Assembly: GCA_964036045.1 (NCBI GenBank)
Contig: OZ038378.1
Coordinates: 173,104,001-173,168,000 of the forward strand
Length of the DNA stretch: 64,000 nt
DNA from: Eutreptiella sp. 'Long Island Sound 2002'
Taxonomy: Eukaryota > Protista > Euglenida
Direction: 5' to 3'
Below are positions 1 through 12,882 of the stretch, piece after piece. Position 1 is the first letter of the stretch; each line of letters starts with the position of its first letter. Under the pieces are notes generated by a model that saw only the letters and a program-made list of their open reading frames with translations, was not told the DNA's origin and did not search any database. The translations under genes and the position numbers were made by a program.

Positions 1-401
1 AAGGCACGGAGGTTGCAGGATTGGCAAAAATTGAAGAAATATGTCCCTGTCCACAAACAGGGGGATGTCTGCCCTAATGGGGTCCCAGCCCTGCCTGAAA
101 AAGGGAATGCTGACGATGACAGTGATTCTGAATAAAAATGGATGAACGGTGCAGTGCCATGTTTGTGTGCACCGTCCAACGTGTTGTGCTACGCTGAAAA
201 ATGGCAACCCCCCCCCCCCCCTCCGCCAACCCATACATTTCTGAAATGGCGTTTTCTTGCAGATTTCAAAAAGTATACACATACCCCCCCCCCCCCCCCG
301 GGTGACGACATGTTTGCACATGGAAGCAAAAGTTGTAGAAATTGCCGAAAAGTGCCAAAACCCAGAAAGTTGGCATGTTCTGAATGTCTCCGAGAGATAT
401 G
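1..401 (+). mobile_element. 3' end and right TIR of a DNA transposon copy (continues beyond window start)
   Basis: 1-135 encodes ...RRLQDWQKLKKYVPVHKQGDVCPNGVPALPEKGNADDDSDSE*, homologous to 4940-5066. Similarity continues at 229-295 (vs 5189-5253) and ends in GTTGGCATG...GAGAGATATG (369-401), matching the right TIR at 5323-5355. Confidence 0.65.
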
Positions 402-662
402 TCGTTTGGGCATGTCACAACATTCCATGGGACCCCACAACCCTAGGTTTTTGCTCATTGCTCATTTTTGGTCGGTTTTTACTGCAAAATCCACAAAATC
501 CGCAGAATCCGCAGATTCGGGGGGGGGGGGGGGCTAGGCCAAGATCCGTGGAATCCACGGCGTCATGAAACCTCCATCGCAAACCAATTGTTTGCTTTGT
601 GTTGTGATTGGCCCTTGACCTCGCCCTTACTCTCTCCCATTTTTGTCCCTAAGGCTCAAGAC

Positions 663-3602
663 ATGCAAACGGGAATCATTGTGGACATCGGAAACAAAAT
701 GCTCGCAACGCGTGACGAAATGAAGGTTGACTTGGCGGAAGGCATTCGAGACCTCAAGGTGCGTTTGCACAAGATGGAGATTGAAGGACCGACCTTGTCC
801 ACACGGATGGACCGCTTCGATAGAAAGGCAGACATTTTGACTGAGCGTACCAACCAAAACGATCAAGTGATTGACGCCTTGAAAGGTTTGACGGAGAAGA
901 CTCAAAATCAGAGTGCAAAGCTTCACGAGCGCCTTACAGTGTCCGAACAAATGATAGTAGATTTAGAAACTAGAACGTCCAAGATGGAGCGAAATTGTGC
1001 TGTGTTGCAACACGTTGAGGTCAACCAAAAGGCGATCGACGTGCTTCGAAAAGACGTTGAGAGGATATTATATAGTATGCAATCGATGAAAGACATTGTG
1101 GCGCAAGATGAGAAGGCGGTTGAGATCATCAGACAAACCGTTGACACGGCGTGTGATCGAGTAGAGGTTGTGGAGAAGAAAGCGACAAAGGCGATCGGCC
1201 GCTTCGAAGGGTGTGAGCAAAAAGTTGCTTCTTTCCACGACCGCCTAAGTGCAGTCGAGCAGCATCATGATATCTTCCGTGGTACACTGGACAAGGAGCA
1301 GGCCACCCAAAAAGAAATATTTGGATTGCTTGATAAACATGGCCGGAAAGCAGCGGTGCTTGCGGAAAAGTTGGATGTGGTCGACAATTCGTGGCGCCAA
1401 AAGACGCAGACGTATGACCAAAAATTCGACCGCATGGAGGATCGGCAACGCAACATCGAGGCACTGATACCCAACAACATCGAAAGAAATGAACGAAGAA
1501 TCACGATGTTGGAGAACAGTGCGAACCGCTCCTTTGATCATGTCGAACAATTTGCCCAAACCATCGATTTCATCCGAAAAGAAGTTACAGACATGGACAA
1601 GAAGTTGTTGAGTCATCGTGAGAGATTTGACCACACCGAAAAATCTATCCAAGGCAAGCAAGATTCCATGGACTCAGCATTTAACGGTATCCTCGAGAAA
1701 GTAGAAGGTGCGGACCGACGCCTAGCGAGTGCGATCGAAAATAGCGAGCGCAAAATGCTTGACCGCATCGAACAAGTGACGGGGATAACGACTGGTGTCG
1801 TGGAGAAATCGAAAGACGCCGATAGACAGGCCGTGGTTATGAATGCTAGTCTACAACGGCTAGAGGACCAAATTCTAAGTGAGATGAAGGACGTTCGGTC
1901 TCGGATTGACAAAAACAAGCTGCATGGAGACGACCTTGTCAAGAACAATGAAGCTTGCGTGAGATCGGTTGAAGAGAAAGTTGATGGGCTAGAAAAAATG
2001 TTCAACATGGTGAACAGCAAAGTAACTACAGCGCAAAGCGGTCTGTCCGCTTTGCAAGAATCGGCTCCTTTGATCCTTGTGCAAACAAGGGTTGATGACA
2101 TGGAGCGAAGTATCAAGCAATTACAAGATGGTAACCAAACATTCAAAAAAAGTTTGCAAGAGGTGCAAGATTCGCAATTAAAAAAGATTGATGTCAATAG
2201 TACCGTTGACGAGCTATTGAAGAAGCAACAAATCAGCCAAGATCCGGAACTTCAAGACAAGTTAGATTCGATGAACAAGACTAGCAAGGCGGCCGAAAGG
2301 AAGCTGCAGGAGCTTCGAGAGGAATTCGATGCAAGCACCAAGTCAAATCGGATTAGTGGAAGTACTTTGTCGCAATTGTCCGACAGCGTGGAAAATTTGG
2401 ATTCGCAATTGAAGGCAATGAAAGAGCGATTGACGACCGCCGAGCGGAGCCGCAATTGGGATGCCCCTCTAAATACGGTCCAAAATCGAGTTGATGTAGT
2501 GGAGAAGACAGTGCAAGGTCGCATCGACGGGTTGGAGAAAGAACTGGCAACGATGGTTGGTAAAGTGCGGAGTCTTTCGATGTCGGGGAATTACGGAATG
2601 GGACCAATGCCTGTGTCCGCTGCGGTCGCAATGCCAAATCAATTTACTGGGGGACAACCACCTGCGATGAAGAATGTCGAACGAGACGTTGATGCAGATT
2701 TCGGGCGGAAGGAGCCGTTGGTGAAAACCAACGTACCGCAATCAGGAACGGGGGATGTGGGGCGAAGAAGGCCCGTTTCCGATTCCGATTTCGATTCCGA
2801 TGGCATAGCGCGATCTCGAAATGCAGTTAAGGCACCTCAAAACCAAACGCCCTCAGCATCAGATTGGTCCGATGAAGGTCCATCAAAAAGTGTGCCACCG
2901 CCCAAGCCCACCTCTCAGCAAGACGTCACTGGAGCCAAAGGTTTTGATGACAGTGACGAGGGTACGGCTTCCATTGCCAAGGATGCTGCCAAAAAAGTCA
3001 CCGGAACCAAGGGTTTTGATGACAGCGACGAGGGTACGGCATCCGTTTCCAAGGATGCTGCCAAAAACCTTACGGGGACCAAAGGTTTCGATGATAGTGA
3101 CGAGTCTAGTTCGAAGGACGCAAAGAAGGGATCAAGGGAACCTGACAAAGCAGCGCGCGAGACTGCTGGTGACGGATTTGATTCCCAAACGGATTCCGCG
3201 GATGAGAAGAAGAAACATGGAGATGGTAAGGAGAAAGCTGTGTCGATCGCGGCCAAGTCTGGTGGAGACAATTTTGACTCAGACGAAGACGTGGCAGATA
3301 TTTTGGAGGATTCTGACGCCCCCAAAGCGCAAAAGGAGGCCAAAAAGGTTGAAGATTCCAAGCCGCCCACGTCGGAAGGTGAGAAAGCCGGGACAAATTT
3401 CGATTCGGACGAGGATGTGGCGGATATCTTGAAGGATTCGGATGATGCCAAGGTGAGGAAAAGCAAGGCACAGAAGCTTGAGGATGAAAAGCAGCAGCCT
3501 TTGCCAAGCGCAGCAGCCAAGAAAGCAGCAGCCGACTTCGACGATTCGGACGATTTGGCAGATCTCTTGGAGGATTCCGATGATCCCAAGGCAAAGAAAA
3601 AG
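663..3602 (+). CDS. Exon 1 of a large coiled-coil protein with acidic low-complexity repeat tail (unknown function)
   Basis: Open frame inside ORF 468-3656. ATG at 663 follows a pyrimidine tract and AG (652-653 or 659-660). About 630 aa of heptad-rich sequence, then TGxKGFDDSDEGTAS repeats. Candidate donor AAG|GT at 3602/3603, phase 0; sequence after it is non-coding-like. The start could instead be an internal exon. Confidence 0.75.
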
Positions 3603-4482
3603 GTGTTGATTGTGACGTGTCCACTACACTGCCCCCCCCCCCCCCTGCCTGCATAACTGTGGACTTCCGTCTCAGCCTATGTGGGTGCAGAACATTCAGG
3701 GACCCATCGAACCGAGACCGCGTGATGAGATGCCTTCCATCCTTGCGCAGCCAGATCCGCTCGGAGGGCTCATTGCTCTTCTGTGCATCCCCGCTTTGTT
3801 CTGGGTGTGGGAGTGTGTGTGGCCTCCCTTACTTCATCACTGCCCCTCCGACCCAAGGATGGGGGTTGTGCTACAGTGCGGCATGGTCAATGCCATGGTG
3901 CAGGGGAAGCACCTGATGCGGTGCATGGGCGTGCGATTATTTGGGAACCGCAGAAGGATTATGAGGGGCCACAGAGGCTGAAGGGACAACGTAATTTTTT
4001 CCGGACGACAAAGGGTTCCCCCCCCCACGCTTCATGGGCTTGCGGGAGGATATGTTGCATGTGATTTCTGTGCATGTTTCTGATGGTCACGGGATTATTC
4101 TGTTGTATGGGTATGTGTCGCATTGGGCGCATGGTAACCACATGTGCAAAACCCCGAGGAGGTGTCAGGCAGCCCCGTTGCGGTATTGTGGTAGAGTCTG
4201 TTAGTTGGGTGGCCATGGGGTTTGGGCCGTGGGGTGGCCATAAAGGAGTGGTGAGCAAAGGGGCTTTTGGGCCAGGTGATTCAGGCAGAAGCGAAGGCGG
4301 GGAAGGGGAGGCCCATTTTTCGCCAAATGGTGGAGAGGAGGTGTGCTTTGATGGGGGTTCAGGTGTGGCAATTTCATGCTGTGCTGTTCATGGAAGCAGC
4401 TATAGTGCGTTGAGGACTGTCATTTGCAAGGCTACCGTTTGCATTCGCCTGATTGGTGCTATACGGCTCCAGATGGTACATG

Positions 4483-5355
4483 CATATCTCTCTGGGACGC
4501 GTAATTTCATGCCAACACCGAGCGTTTTCAGGGGTTGGTGCCGTTGTTGCCTCATTTGTGCCTGCTGAGTGTCCGAAAGGGGGGGGGTATGTGGGGTATA
4601 TTCGGAAAGCCACTGAAAGGGGCTATTTGGAACACCCCAGGTTTGCATGCTGTACTGACGACATGTTGGAGATTTTTGTCCATTTTGGACGGTGCCTGTG
4701 TTGCTTTCTGCCTCTTCGATTCGGGACCTGATTCGGGACCACAAGATTAAGTGGTTGGATTTCGGTACCACCCCTGATGAGGGCAACCTTTCGCCTCACC
4801 CTGGTTTTGCCTGGATGAAAGCAGGGCACAGCGAGTCCATTGAGTGGCGCAAGGTCAGGCTCACCAAACAGCGGAAGGTCGACCTCACAACAAATGGTCT
4901 TTGGGCAATGCCTCTGAATTCAGGGTGGGTACCGGTAAAGAGTTGCAGGCTGCAGGATTGGCAAAAGCTGAAAAAATATGTTCCAAACAATAAGCATGGT
5001 GATGTCTGCCCAAATGGGGTCTCAGCCCTGCCTGAAAAAGACAACGCAAATGATGATTCGGAATAAGCGAGTGTGACGTATTCAGTGCATGTTTGCATGC
5101 CGGCTTTGCAGCAGCCTGGGAGTCAAAACTCTGAAAGACCGAAAAGTTTGGCCTCAGTACTGAAAAATATGGTCAGCTACCCCCCTCTAACCCATACATT
5201 TCTGAAACGGCCTTTTTTGACAGATTTCAAAAAGTATACACATACCCCCCCCTACAGAATGAAATTTTGGTGCTTTGGACAAAAAAATGAGAAACCCCTG
5301 AAAAAGCACGAATTTGCTCCGCGTTGGCATGTTATGAATGTCCCCGAGAGATATC
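4483..5355 (+). mobile_element. Internally deleted TIR DNA transposon in intron 1, with a transposase-like C-terminal fragment (about 4730-5066)
   Basis: Left end CATATCTCTCTGGGAC...CATGCCAAC (4483-4516) is inverted to right end GTTGGCATG...GTCCCCGAGAGATATC (5323-5355). A subterminal inverted match lies at about 4577-4608 vs 5225-5253. A second copy is at 1-401. Transposase origin is inference. Confidence 0.65.
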
Positions 5356-6149
5356 TGCTCCCATTGTCACCAATGATGGCCCAACTCTGTCCGCAAGTCT
5401 CACAGGGGTCGGGTCCCCTAAAACCCATTTTTCCAGCCAACGCTTGCTGGCCCAACGACGGCTAAATCCTCACCAGTTGGACCTGGGACCCCCTACATTG
5501 CTGAGGGAGTCCATGTGGGAGAAAAAGTTTGAATGGAACCTGGGTCCGTATCAATGCATAGTGGCCGCAATAAACCAGCCAAAAAATTGTCTACCCGTCT
5601 ACTCCCCAAACTCCCTAGAAATGGGTTTATGGGGTCCTGGACAAAGAGCTCATGGGGCGAGGGTGCACTCATGCACGGAAGGCCCCCTGCTGGTGGGGAG
5701 GAGGGGGGGGAGGGTCCATAAAGAGAGGGGAGGCATTTCCATGAAGGCTGGTTCGCCACCTGTAGTGCAACCAGTGTCCAGTCTGGACTGCATGCAGGCC
5801 TGAAACTGGGGAACAGCGATGTACCTGATTCACATTGCTGATTCACATTGTGGGGTTCTCTCATTTTCCGCATCAATATTCGATTACCTGAGGCTCAACA
5901 GCCAAGCGCCACTGCCAGCAACAAACACAACCCTCCCGAACATATCCTCTCCCCTTTCGCGCTAGAAACGCACGTGCATGTCTTTTGGATCCCTCATTCG
6001 TTCTGACTGTTACCGGGGTTTGCCCCCTTCCCCGTCCAGACCCGTCGCCTTGCGGCCCAACCAGCCAACCTATCCACGGCCATATGCATTCATCGTGTGG
6101 GCGCGTTTCGCAAATGACGTTCAGCAGCACCTGTACCCATGTCGTACAG

Positions 6150-7235
6150 GAATCCAAGGATTCGAAGGAGAAGGCGGGCGGAGCACCGGACAATTTTGAT
6201 TCGGAGGATGAAGACGTCGCTGATATTTTGGGGGATTCCGATGATGCCAAGGCGCAGAAAACGAAAAAACCCAACACCCCTCCGCAAAAGACCCCAATCA
6301 AGTCCGAAACCGATGATGATTTGGCCGATATATTGGAAGATTCTGACGAGCCCAAGGCGCAGCAGAAAAAGAAGGCAGAGAGCGTGGCGCCGAAGCCGTC
6401 CGCAACGAAGTGGGACGACTCCGAGGACGATCTGGCGGACATTTTGGGGGATTCGGATGACGCCAAGAAGAAACCCGCACCGAAGAAGGCGCCAGCAAAG
6501 TCGGACACGGATGAGGATGTGGCAGACATTCTGGGGAGCTCGGACGACAACCTTCGGAAGCCTCCGCCCAAGAAGCCTCCGCCCAAGAAGCCTCCTCTGA
6601 CGTCTGATAGTGAGATCGAGCGACTGGTGGCCACGTCCGAGGATGAGAAGGCCCTGAAGGGGCGCGGGCGGAAGTCTGATTTCGACGATGATTCGGATCT
6701 GGGGAGTTTGGATCTGTCCGCACTGTCGGACGGCAAGTCGAAGGACAAGACCGCGAAGCCCGCTGCGCGCGGAGCCGCGAAGCCATCGGCGGCGTCGTTC
6801 GACAGTGAGAGCGACGCGCCTCCTCCGCCCGCCAAGAAGAAGCCCAGTGCGCTGTCGTTTGACAGCGATAGCGACAGCGATGGCAAACAGAAATCCACGG
6901 CGAAGCCTCCGGTATCTGCCAAGCCCGCGGGGGTGAATTTCGACAGTTCGGACACGAGTCCAGTGAAGCCGCCCGCACCCAAAGCGAAAGCCGGAAAGCG
7001 GGCGGCGGGCCGCTTCGCCGCCCGGACTTTTGACAGCGATTCTGATTTCGATGACGACGCGCCCCCGGCCCCGAGGGTCAAGCCGAAGTCAGCGTCCTCA
7101 CGGAAGAGTGCTGACACGTCGCTGACGCTGTCCTCCGGGAAAAGCACGAACAAGACGATGGGCAGCGACGACATGGCGGCCGCGCTGGACATGTTCGATA
7201 AGCCCTCGTCCTCGAGCCGCCCCAAATGGAAGTGA
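6150..7235 (+). CDS. Exon 2 (terminal) of the coiled-coil/FDSD-repeat protein
   Basis: Acceptor GTACAG|GAA at 6149/6150, phase 0, in frame with the 3602 donor. Carries the same NFDSEDEDVADILGDSDD motif as exon 1. Stop TGA at 7233-7235. Confidence 0.8.
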   Translation, partial: ESKDSKEKAGGAPDNFDSEDEDVADILGDSDDAKAQKTKKPNTPPQKTPIKSETDDDLADILEDSDEPKAQQKKKAESVAPKPSATKWDDSEDDLADILGDSDDAKKKPAPKKAPAKSDTDEDVADILGSSDDNLRKPPPKKPPPKKPPLTSDSEIERLVATSEDEKALKGRGRKSDFDDDSDLGSLDLSALSDGKSKDKTAKPAARGAAKPSAASFDSESDAPPPPAKKKPSALSFDSDSDSDGKQKSTAKPPVSAKPAGVNFDSSDTSPVKPPAPKAKAGKRAAGRFAARTFDSDSDFDDDAPPAPRVKPKSASSRKSADTSLTLSSGKSTNKTMGSDDMAAALDMFDKPSSSSRPKWK

Positions 7236-10200
7236 GAACCAAAGGCGACCCTAAACGACCCTTGTCCTGTCGTGAGAAGCCTCCGAAAACTTGGCATTTG
7301 CGCCCAGTGGGTGGATGATTCCCGTCGAGAAGTATTTTGGTCGTGCCGTCAGTGGCCCCCAAAGCTGTGCTGTCCTCCTTTCCGCCCCTGGATGGTCGGT
7401 CAACCGGCGAACTGCACGATGGCCGCCAGCACGTGCCAGTCGGCCGGTGCCTGTCCAGGTGTGCCGGAGTTGGGCATATTTTTGTAAAAAAATTTCGATA
7501 GTCTTGTCAATTTTGTACATAAATGCCCCACTGTTCCACTCCAATTTGCCTCTTCACTCAGTCCCACTGCTTCTGAAATTGTGCAGTTTTGACGTGATTT
7601 GATATTGCTGGGTTTGCTCTGGGTCAGGTGGCCCATGGCCGTCGCCAAGGCACGAACCGCTGCAACAATTAGTGGGTCCATCTACTTTCAATTTTTGGAC
7701 CCCGTTGCAAGATTTCTCGCCCCACTCAGCTTAACGTCACAAATTCAATTTTGCCATCGTGTGGCACATGTTGTTGGGGCTGTTCAGACCATTTCAAAGG
7801 CTTCCAAAGCGTTGTACAGTATGCATTAGATTTTTTTCTGGTGAGCTTTCCACTGTAAAATGTTGGTAGATCATTCGTCATGCTAATCCTCATCTCACCC
7901 TTTCACCAATACGCCTGAAAGAGCAATCCCAAGCGACGGACCATGAGCACGGACGGGGGTTGTGACGCGCGCATTGCACTCACAGAACAGGGGACGGGTA
8001 GTCGTTGGGAAAAGGAAGAAGCACCATGCGCACGTGCAACAGTATTTTCAGGATTTTGGGTCCATCCACGTGGAGCGGAGTGCCAGGCTGCCATTGCAAT
8101 ACTGCAGGAAACTTTCCAGACGCATGGGTCAGAAGGTGGGCAAAGAATCTTTTGGAAGGTTGTCGTGTGGTCATATGTTGTTTGTGCCAAATTGGTGCCG
8201 CAGATGGATCTTCAAAATGGTGACAATCCCGCTTGCTTGGTTGCTGTGGACCAAGGCTTTGCACAATCCAAAGCCTCTCCCAAAGGCATGCGACGCACAA
8301 AGCCTCAGCTGAGCCGTTCATTCCTCACTGCTGTCGTATTCCCATCGGTCAACCAGCTCAAATATCTTCAGCATATTTGCTAAATCTACCTCGTCCAGTG
8401 TCCCCTTGACCTTCTATTCATAGCGTGTGGACGTGCAGTAGCATCCACCCTCATCCGTAGTTGATCCTGTGTTTTTTTGGTTGAACCGGTGAATTGGCCC
8501 TCTGACGCACGAAGAGTCCCAACGTTGTTTTCGATTGTCACATGCAGACTGATAGACCCACAAAGATTGGACACGAAAGACAGCAATCTGCTCTAAAGAG
8601 ACACCAATGCGGGATTATACCCCCCTCCCCTCCGGGTAACGCTGCTGTTTCGCATTGTGACGGTGGCCTATCCAGATTCTGATGGCTGTAGGGTCTGCAC
8701 ATTGCATCGTGAATCACATCGTGAAAAAAGAACGATGCGATTCGCCATGCAGGCGCACAGATTGCATCGTGAAACCACATCATCACGATGCAGTCCCAAT
8801 GGGGGAAGCCATGCTGTGATGGTGCATACCTGATTAACGACAAGCCAATTGGCCATGCAGCTGTCCTTGTGCAATTCGAGTGCTCGGTATCCATGAGACA
8901 TGTCAGATGACAGGCCGAGGGGAGTAGCAGGAAGGGCCAGGATGGTTTTGTTGACCTGGAGGTTAGCGATATTATCACAGGGGTGCCCCGTGATGATGTT
9001 CGATTTCGGGTTTCAAAACGGTGGCATGATATTCACCCACAACTTTGTGGCGTGGGCGTGTCAGTCCTGCAAGTGGATTTCCAGGATTTTTGGTTTTTTT
9101 TGTTGCTAGGAGCGTGTTCCCACAGTTAGACATGTTGGTCTGGTGGTGTATTGTCTTCTACGCGCCGCCACTGCATGCTCTTTGCTGGTTGTCTTCCCCC
9201 TTCCTTTCCTGTGCAGCTTTGCACTCTTTCAGTCGATACCCCCCACATGCAGTATGCACATCAATGGATGGCCCAGGTGTGCAGGCAGTGTGACCGATAG
9301 ATGGAGAGCACTTTCACAATTGGTTAACTGGTCCAAATGCACCCATCTGCCCACTGTCCCCAGCACACGCAAAACTTGATGAAGCTGAAGGTCAGACAGC
9401 CTTGCTCATCAGTTTATTTCTTTGGGTAGAAGTGCTGGTAATGCCTAGAAGAAGCACCGCAAATCGCACGTGAGCATTTATACTCTGTGAGTGTTACAGT
9501 TACAGTTACAGTATTGACTGGCACCTTGAGGTTGTGCTGTACAACATAGATGATGAATACGCCAAGTGTTACACTGTTCTGAAAGATTCAAGTTCCAGCT
9601 GTTGGACCCCCTTTGATGAGTGTCATTGCATCGCCAGTTGTGTACCCCTGCTCTTTGATCAGGGATCAACCATAATTCAATATACAAATTGCACAGATCG
9701 TTCGGGAGAGTTCTCTGCAAGGCCCTTTCCTTGGATTGGAAGCTTGGATTGGAGGGGGGGGGGGGGGGTTCAATGGGCACTGGTTGGTTTTGGGGGCAGG
9801 GGAACGTGCTCTAACCCACTCTGTTATTGTCCAAGGGCAATTGCCAAATGCCATCTGGTGATGTGCTTCTGGAGAAGTGAAAGGAGTTTTTATTTGTCCA
9901 GTGAGGACATTCTTGGATGAAAGTTAGATTAGAGTTCAATCCTGTCACTGTTACCTGCTGCTGACCCTCATAGATGCCCAAAAGGAGAGTGTCCAAGGCT
10001 ATTTCTCGCATGTTGACTGCAATCCTATTTCAAGAATGTATTTTGGAAATGCTTCGCCCTGATTTGCATGCAACCTGTGGATGTCTTGGGACCTTGTTTG
10101 CAATTCTCTGCCCTCATTTCAAAGAACAACAGAAAGTCTGAGCATCGGTTGAAATCAAACACTGTGTTCTCAAATCAGGGTGTTTTGTAGTGAACAAGTT

Positions 10201-10270
10201 TTGTTTACGTTGCAAAACCCCGACCTCCTACTACACTCCAACTGCTGTCATTTACCTGGTGAATACGAAA

Positions 10271-10590
10271 CCCCCCCCCCAAGATGTACTAAAAGGCCCC
10301 CTGTTTTGTACTAAAAAACCCCCGTTTTGTACTGAAAAACCCCCCTTATTGTACTAAACCCCCCCCTTTTGTAATCAACCCCCCCCCTTTTTGTACTGAC
10401 CCCCCCCGTTTTGTACTACAAAAACCCCCCATTTTGTACTAAATTAGCCCCCTTTTTGGACAAAAAAAACCCCCTTTATTGTACTAAACCCCCCCCCCGT
10501 TTTGTTCGAAAAATCCCCCCGCTTTGTACTAAAAAACCCCCCACTTTGTACTAAAAAAAAACCTTTTTGTACTACAGAAACCCCTTTTTC
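10271..10590. repeat. About 21-bp minisatellite C5-8-N-TTTTGTACTAAAAA, about 15 degenerate copies
   Basis: Directly visible tandem units. Confidence 0.9.
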
Positions 10591-10965
10591 ACCGCTTAGA
10601 AAAATTGCGTCCGCCAAATAGCAGAAGCCCTTTTTACCATGTTTCAAGCCCCGCCAACCCCGCACACCCTTACCCACGTTCTTTTGGGGTGACTACTGTC
10701 CGTTCAGGTACTTGCTTCCTCTTTTATGGTACCGTGTGCTCCTGCATTGCTGCACTATTGCATATCTACCGCCACCCCCCCCCCCTTTGCAGTGTGCCCT
10801 CGGCGTCCATGAGTTCTTGAGTTGCTTCTTTTCTCCGGGCCCTAGCTCAGCCTCCTACAGCATCCCCCCACCCAAAAGAAAACTGCCACTTCCTGCCGGC
10901 AATATGAACACAAAACAGCACGTAAGCATGTGCTAAAGCTGAAATGCACCACACCACTGACATTA

Positions 10966-12120
10966 GATTGTACAATTATTCTGTCTTTTCACACAATGGC
11001 CCCACAAAAGTCGAATAGCAGGGAACAGTGATCACTGATTCTGCAACCATATAATGAAGCTGTTCTATGTCATTCAAAATGGGTTGCTTCTTTTTCCAGG
11101 TGCTCAGCCCTGTGTTGGCTCTTTACACCAACCCCCCCTCCCCTTTTTTACCACACCCATCTGTATGCATTTATGTGGGTATTTGTGGCATATTTGCAGA
11201 CCCAAAACAGCCCTTTCCTGTGGGTGATGTGCATAAAAAAAAACCAATTAATGAAAATGAGATTCACCAAAGCACTGAGATAGATTGTACAATTTTTCTG
11301 TCGTTTTCTACAATGATCGAGCAGAAGTTTGGTAGCAGATTTGACACACAATAGTGATTCCATGATTCTGCAAGCATGTGATGAAGCTATCCCATTTCAC
11401 CTGACCATCAAATAAGACATTGCCATAGAGATCCGAGTGAAACATGATCATTGCTCAATTTCTGCGCACATAATTGGCAGACCTCACTAAACATGAACAC
11501 CGCTCCCAGCTGAAAATTACGTCACCATGCACACCAAGAGTGCTGAGATTTGGGGTGTAGGGGTCATAGCTATCCAATTGCTAGCTGACCAGTGAGTTGG
11601 ATCGTACAATTTTTTTGTCGTTTTCCAAAATGACCTAGTAGAAGTCTGATCGCAAATTTGACACGTAATAGCGAATCTCTGATTCTGCAAGTATATAATG
11701 AGGGTGTCCTATTTCACTTGACCATCAAATGAGACACTGCCATAGAGATCTGAGTGAAACATGATCATTGCTCAAGGTATGCGCACAGAAACGGCAGACC
11801 TGACTGAACATGAACACCACTCTTGGATGAAAATTACAGCACAATGTACACCAAGAGCGCTGAGATTTGGAGTGTCGGGGTCATACCATGCCAGTTGACC
11901 TTACAGGCGTCTAGGTGCCACGCATCTGAGCATAACAAACAGTACCGATGTACTTCAAGCCTAGCCTGACACAATTAGTGCACCTGTCTACACAGTGCAG
12001 AGTGCAACACTCAATCAACCATTTCAGAGTATACAAAAAATTTCCTAAGAGATCGGAGTGGTGCGCACAGAAACAACAAACTTGACTGAATATAAACACC
12101 GCTCAAGATCAAATATAGTC
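10966..12120. repeat. Diverged about 317-bp tandem repeat (3 units plus a partial fourth)
   Basis: GAT(T/C)GTACAATT anchors at 10966, 11283 and 11600. Units 2 and 3 align over most of their length. A partial match recurs at about 12050-12110. Confidence 0.8.
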
Positions 12121-12249
12121 TGTGGTCGGTGATATAGTGCCACGTTGCAAAAAGGACAGTTACCCAACATTGTCGTTGAAGAATTCCTGCAGCATCTAAG
12201 AGCAAAAAAGGTTAAGTCACCCACTTACCAGAGACTCGCAAGAAAATCT

Positions 12250-12882
12250 GCTCTTTCTTCGTCAGCTGGCAAATTTTAGCAGCCTTCTTCTTGGTGTCAG
12301 GTTTTAGGTTCCGGCGCAACTTTCGCTGCGACAAATTGCATGCAAAAATGGCGGTGACATGGTGTCGTCGTACTTTACGTTCCCACGATACGCCTAAGGG
12401 ACTATGAACTGCTCCTTGTCAAAAGTAACCATTGGTCTTGGCTGAACGAATTCTGGCTATGCGTCAACCGCACCGGTACCTTTTGCAGCTACCCGCGTAG
12501 CCTTTTCATCCTGATAGACATTTGCCATTTTGCAAACCTAGGGTTCCTTGTCCGCTTGCCATTTGATTGTCAACCGGTCTTCCATGCGGGCCAGGACCCA
12601 GCTCAAGTGCAAAAAGTCCTTGTCACTGGAGGGCAAGTAGTGCGTGAACACCGCACACAGACAATCCGCATGGTCGATCTGAGGCATTTGGGAAGACACA
12701 ATTGGCTGCAACAGACATGCATTGGCATCACCATTTGGCATTGTTGAGCCTCGCAACTTTCGTGCCATGTTCAAAACATCAAAAACGCTTGTCACAAGCA
12801 ATCGTGCCTTTGCATCAAGTGCAACTTGAAAACGGTCCTTCAGCCGTAGCCGTGCCCGCGACCCTTTTTGCACATCTCGCAC
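12250..12882 (-). pseudogene. Decayed ORF with in-frame stops, possibly retroelement-derived
   Basis: ORF 12538-12882 reads on through several stops (LTIKWQADKEP*VCKMANVYQDEKATRVAAKG...). Faint likeness to an RNase H C-terminal W..H..N..D..A pattern. Confidence 0.25.

Noticed and set aside
4074-4480. Motifs faintly like a transposase core (GFGPWGGHK, SPDWC)
   Set aside because: They lie outside the TIR-defined element and in different frames; the similarity is too weak.
5873-7297. Long minus-strand ORFs opposite the coiled-coil gene (also 2915-3589, 1613-2197)
   Set aside because: They are antisense shadows with no independent motifs.
9530-10180. Cys-rich possible exon (VLYNIDDEYAKCYTVLKD...)
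   Set aside because: No recognisable family, no clear GT donor, and downstream frames contain stops.
10271-10590. CRISPR-like array
   Set aside because: There are no unique spacers, the context is eukaryotic, and no cas genes are present.
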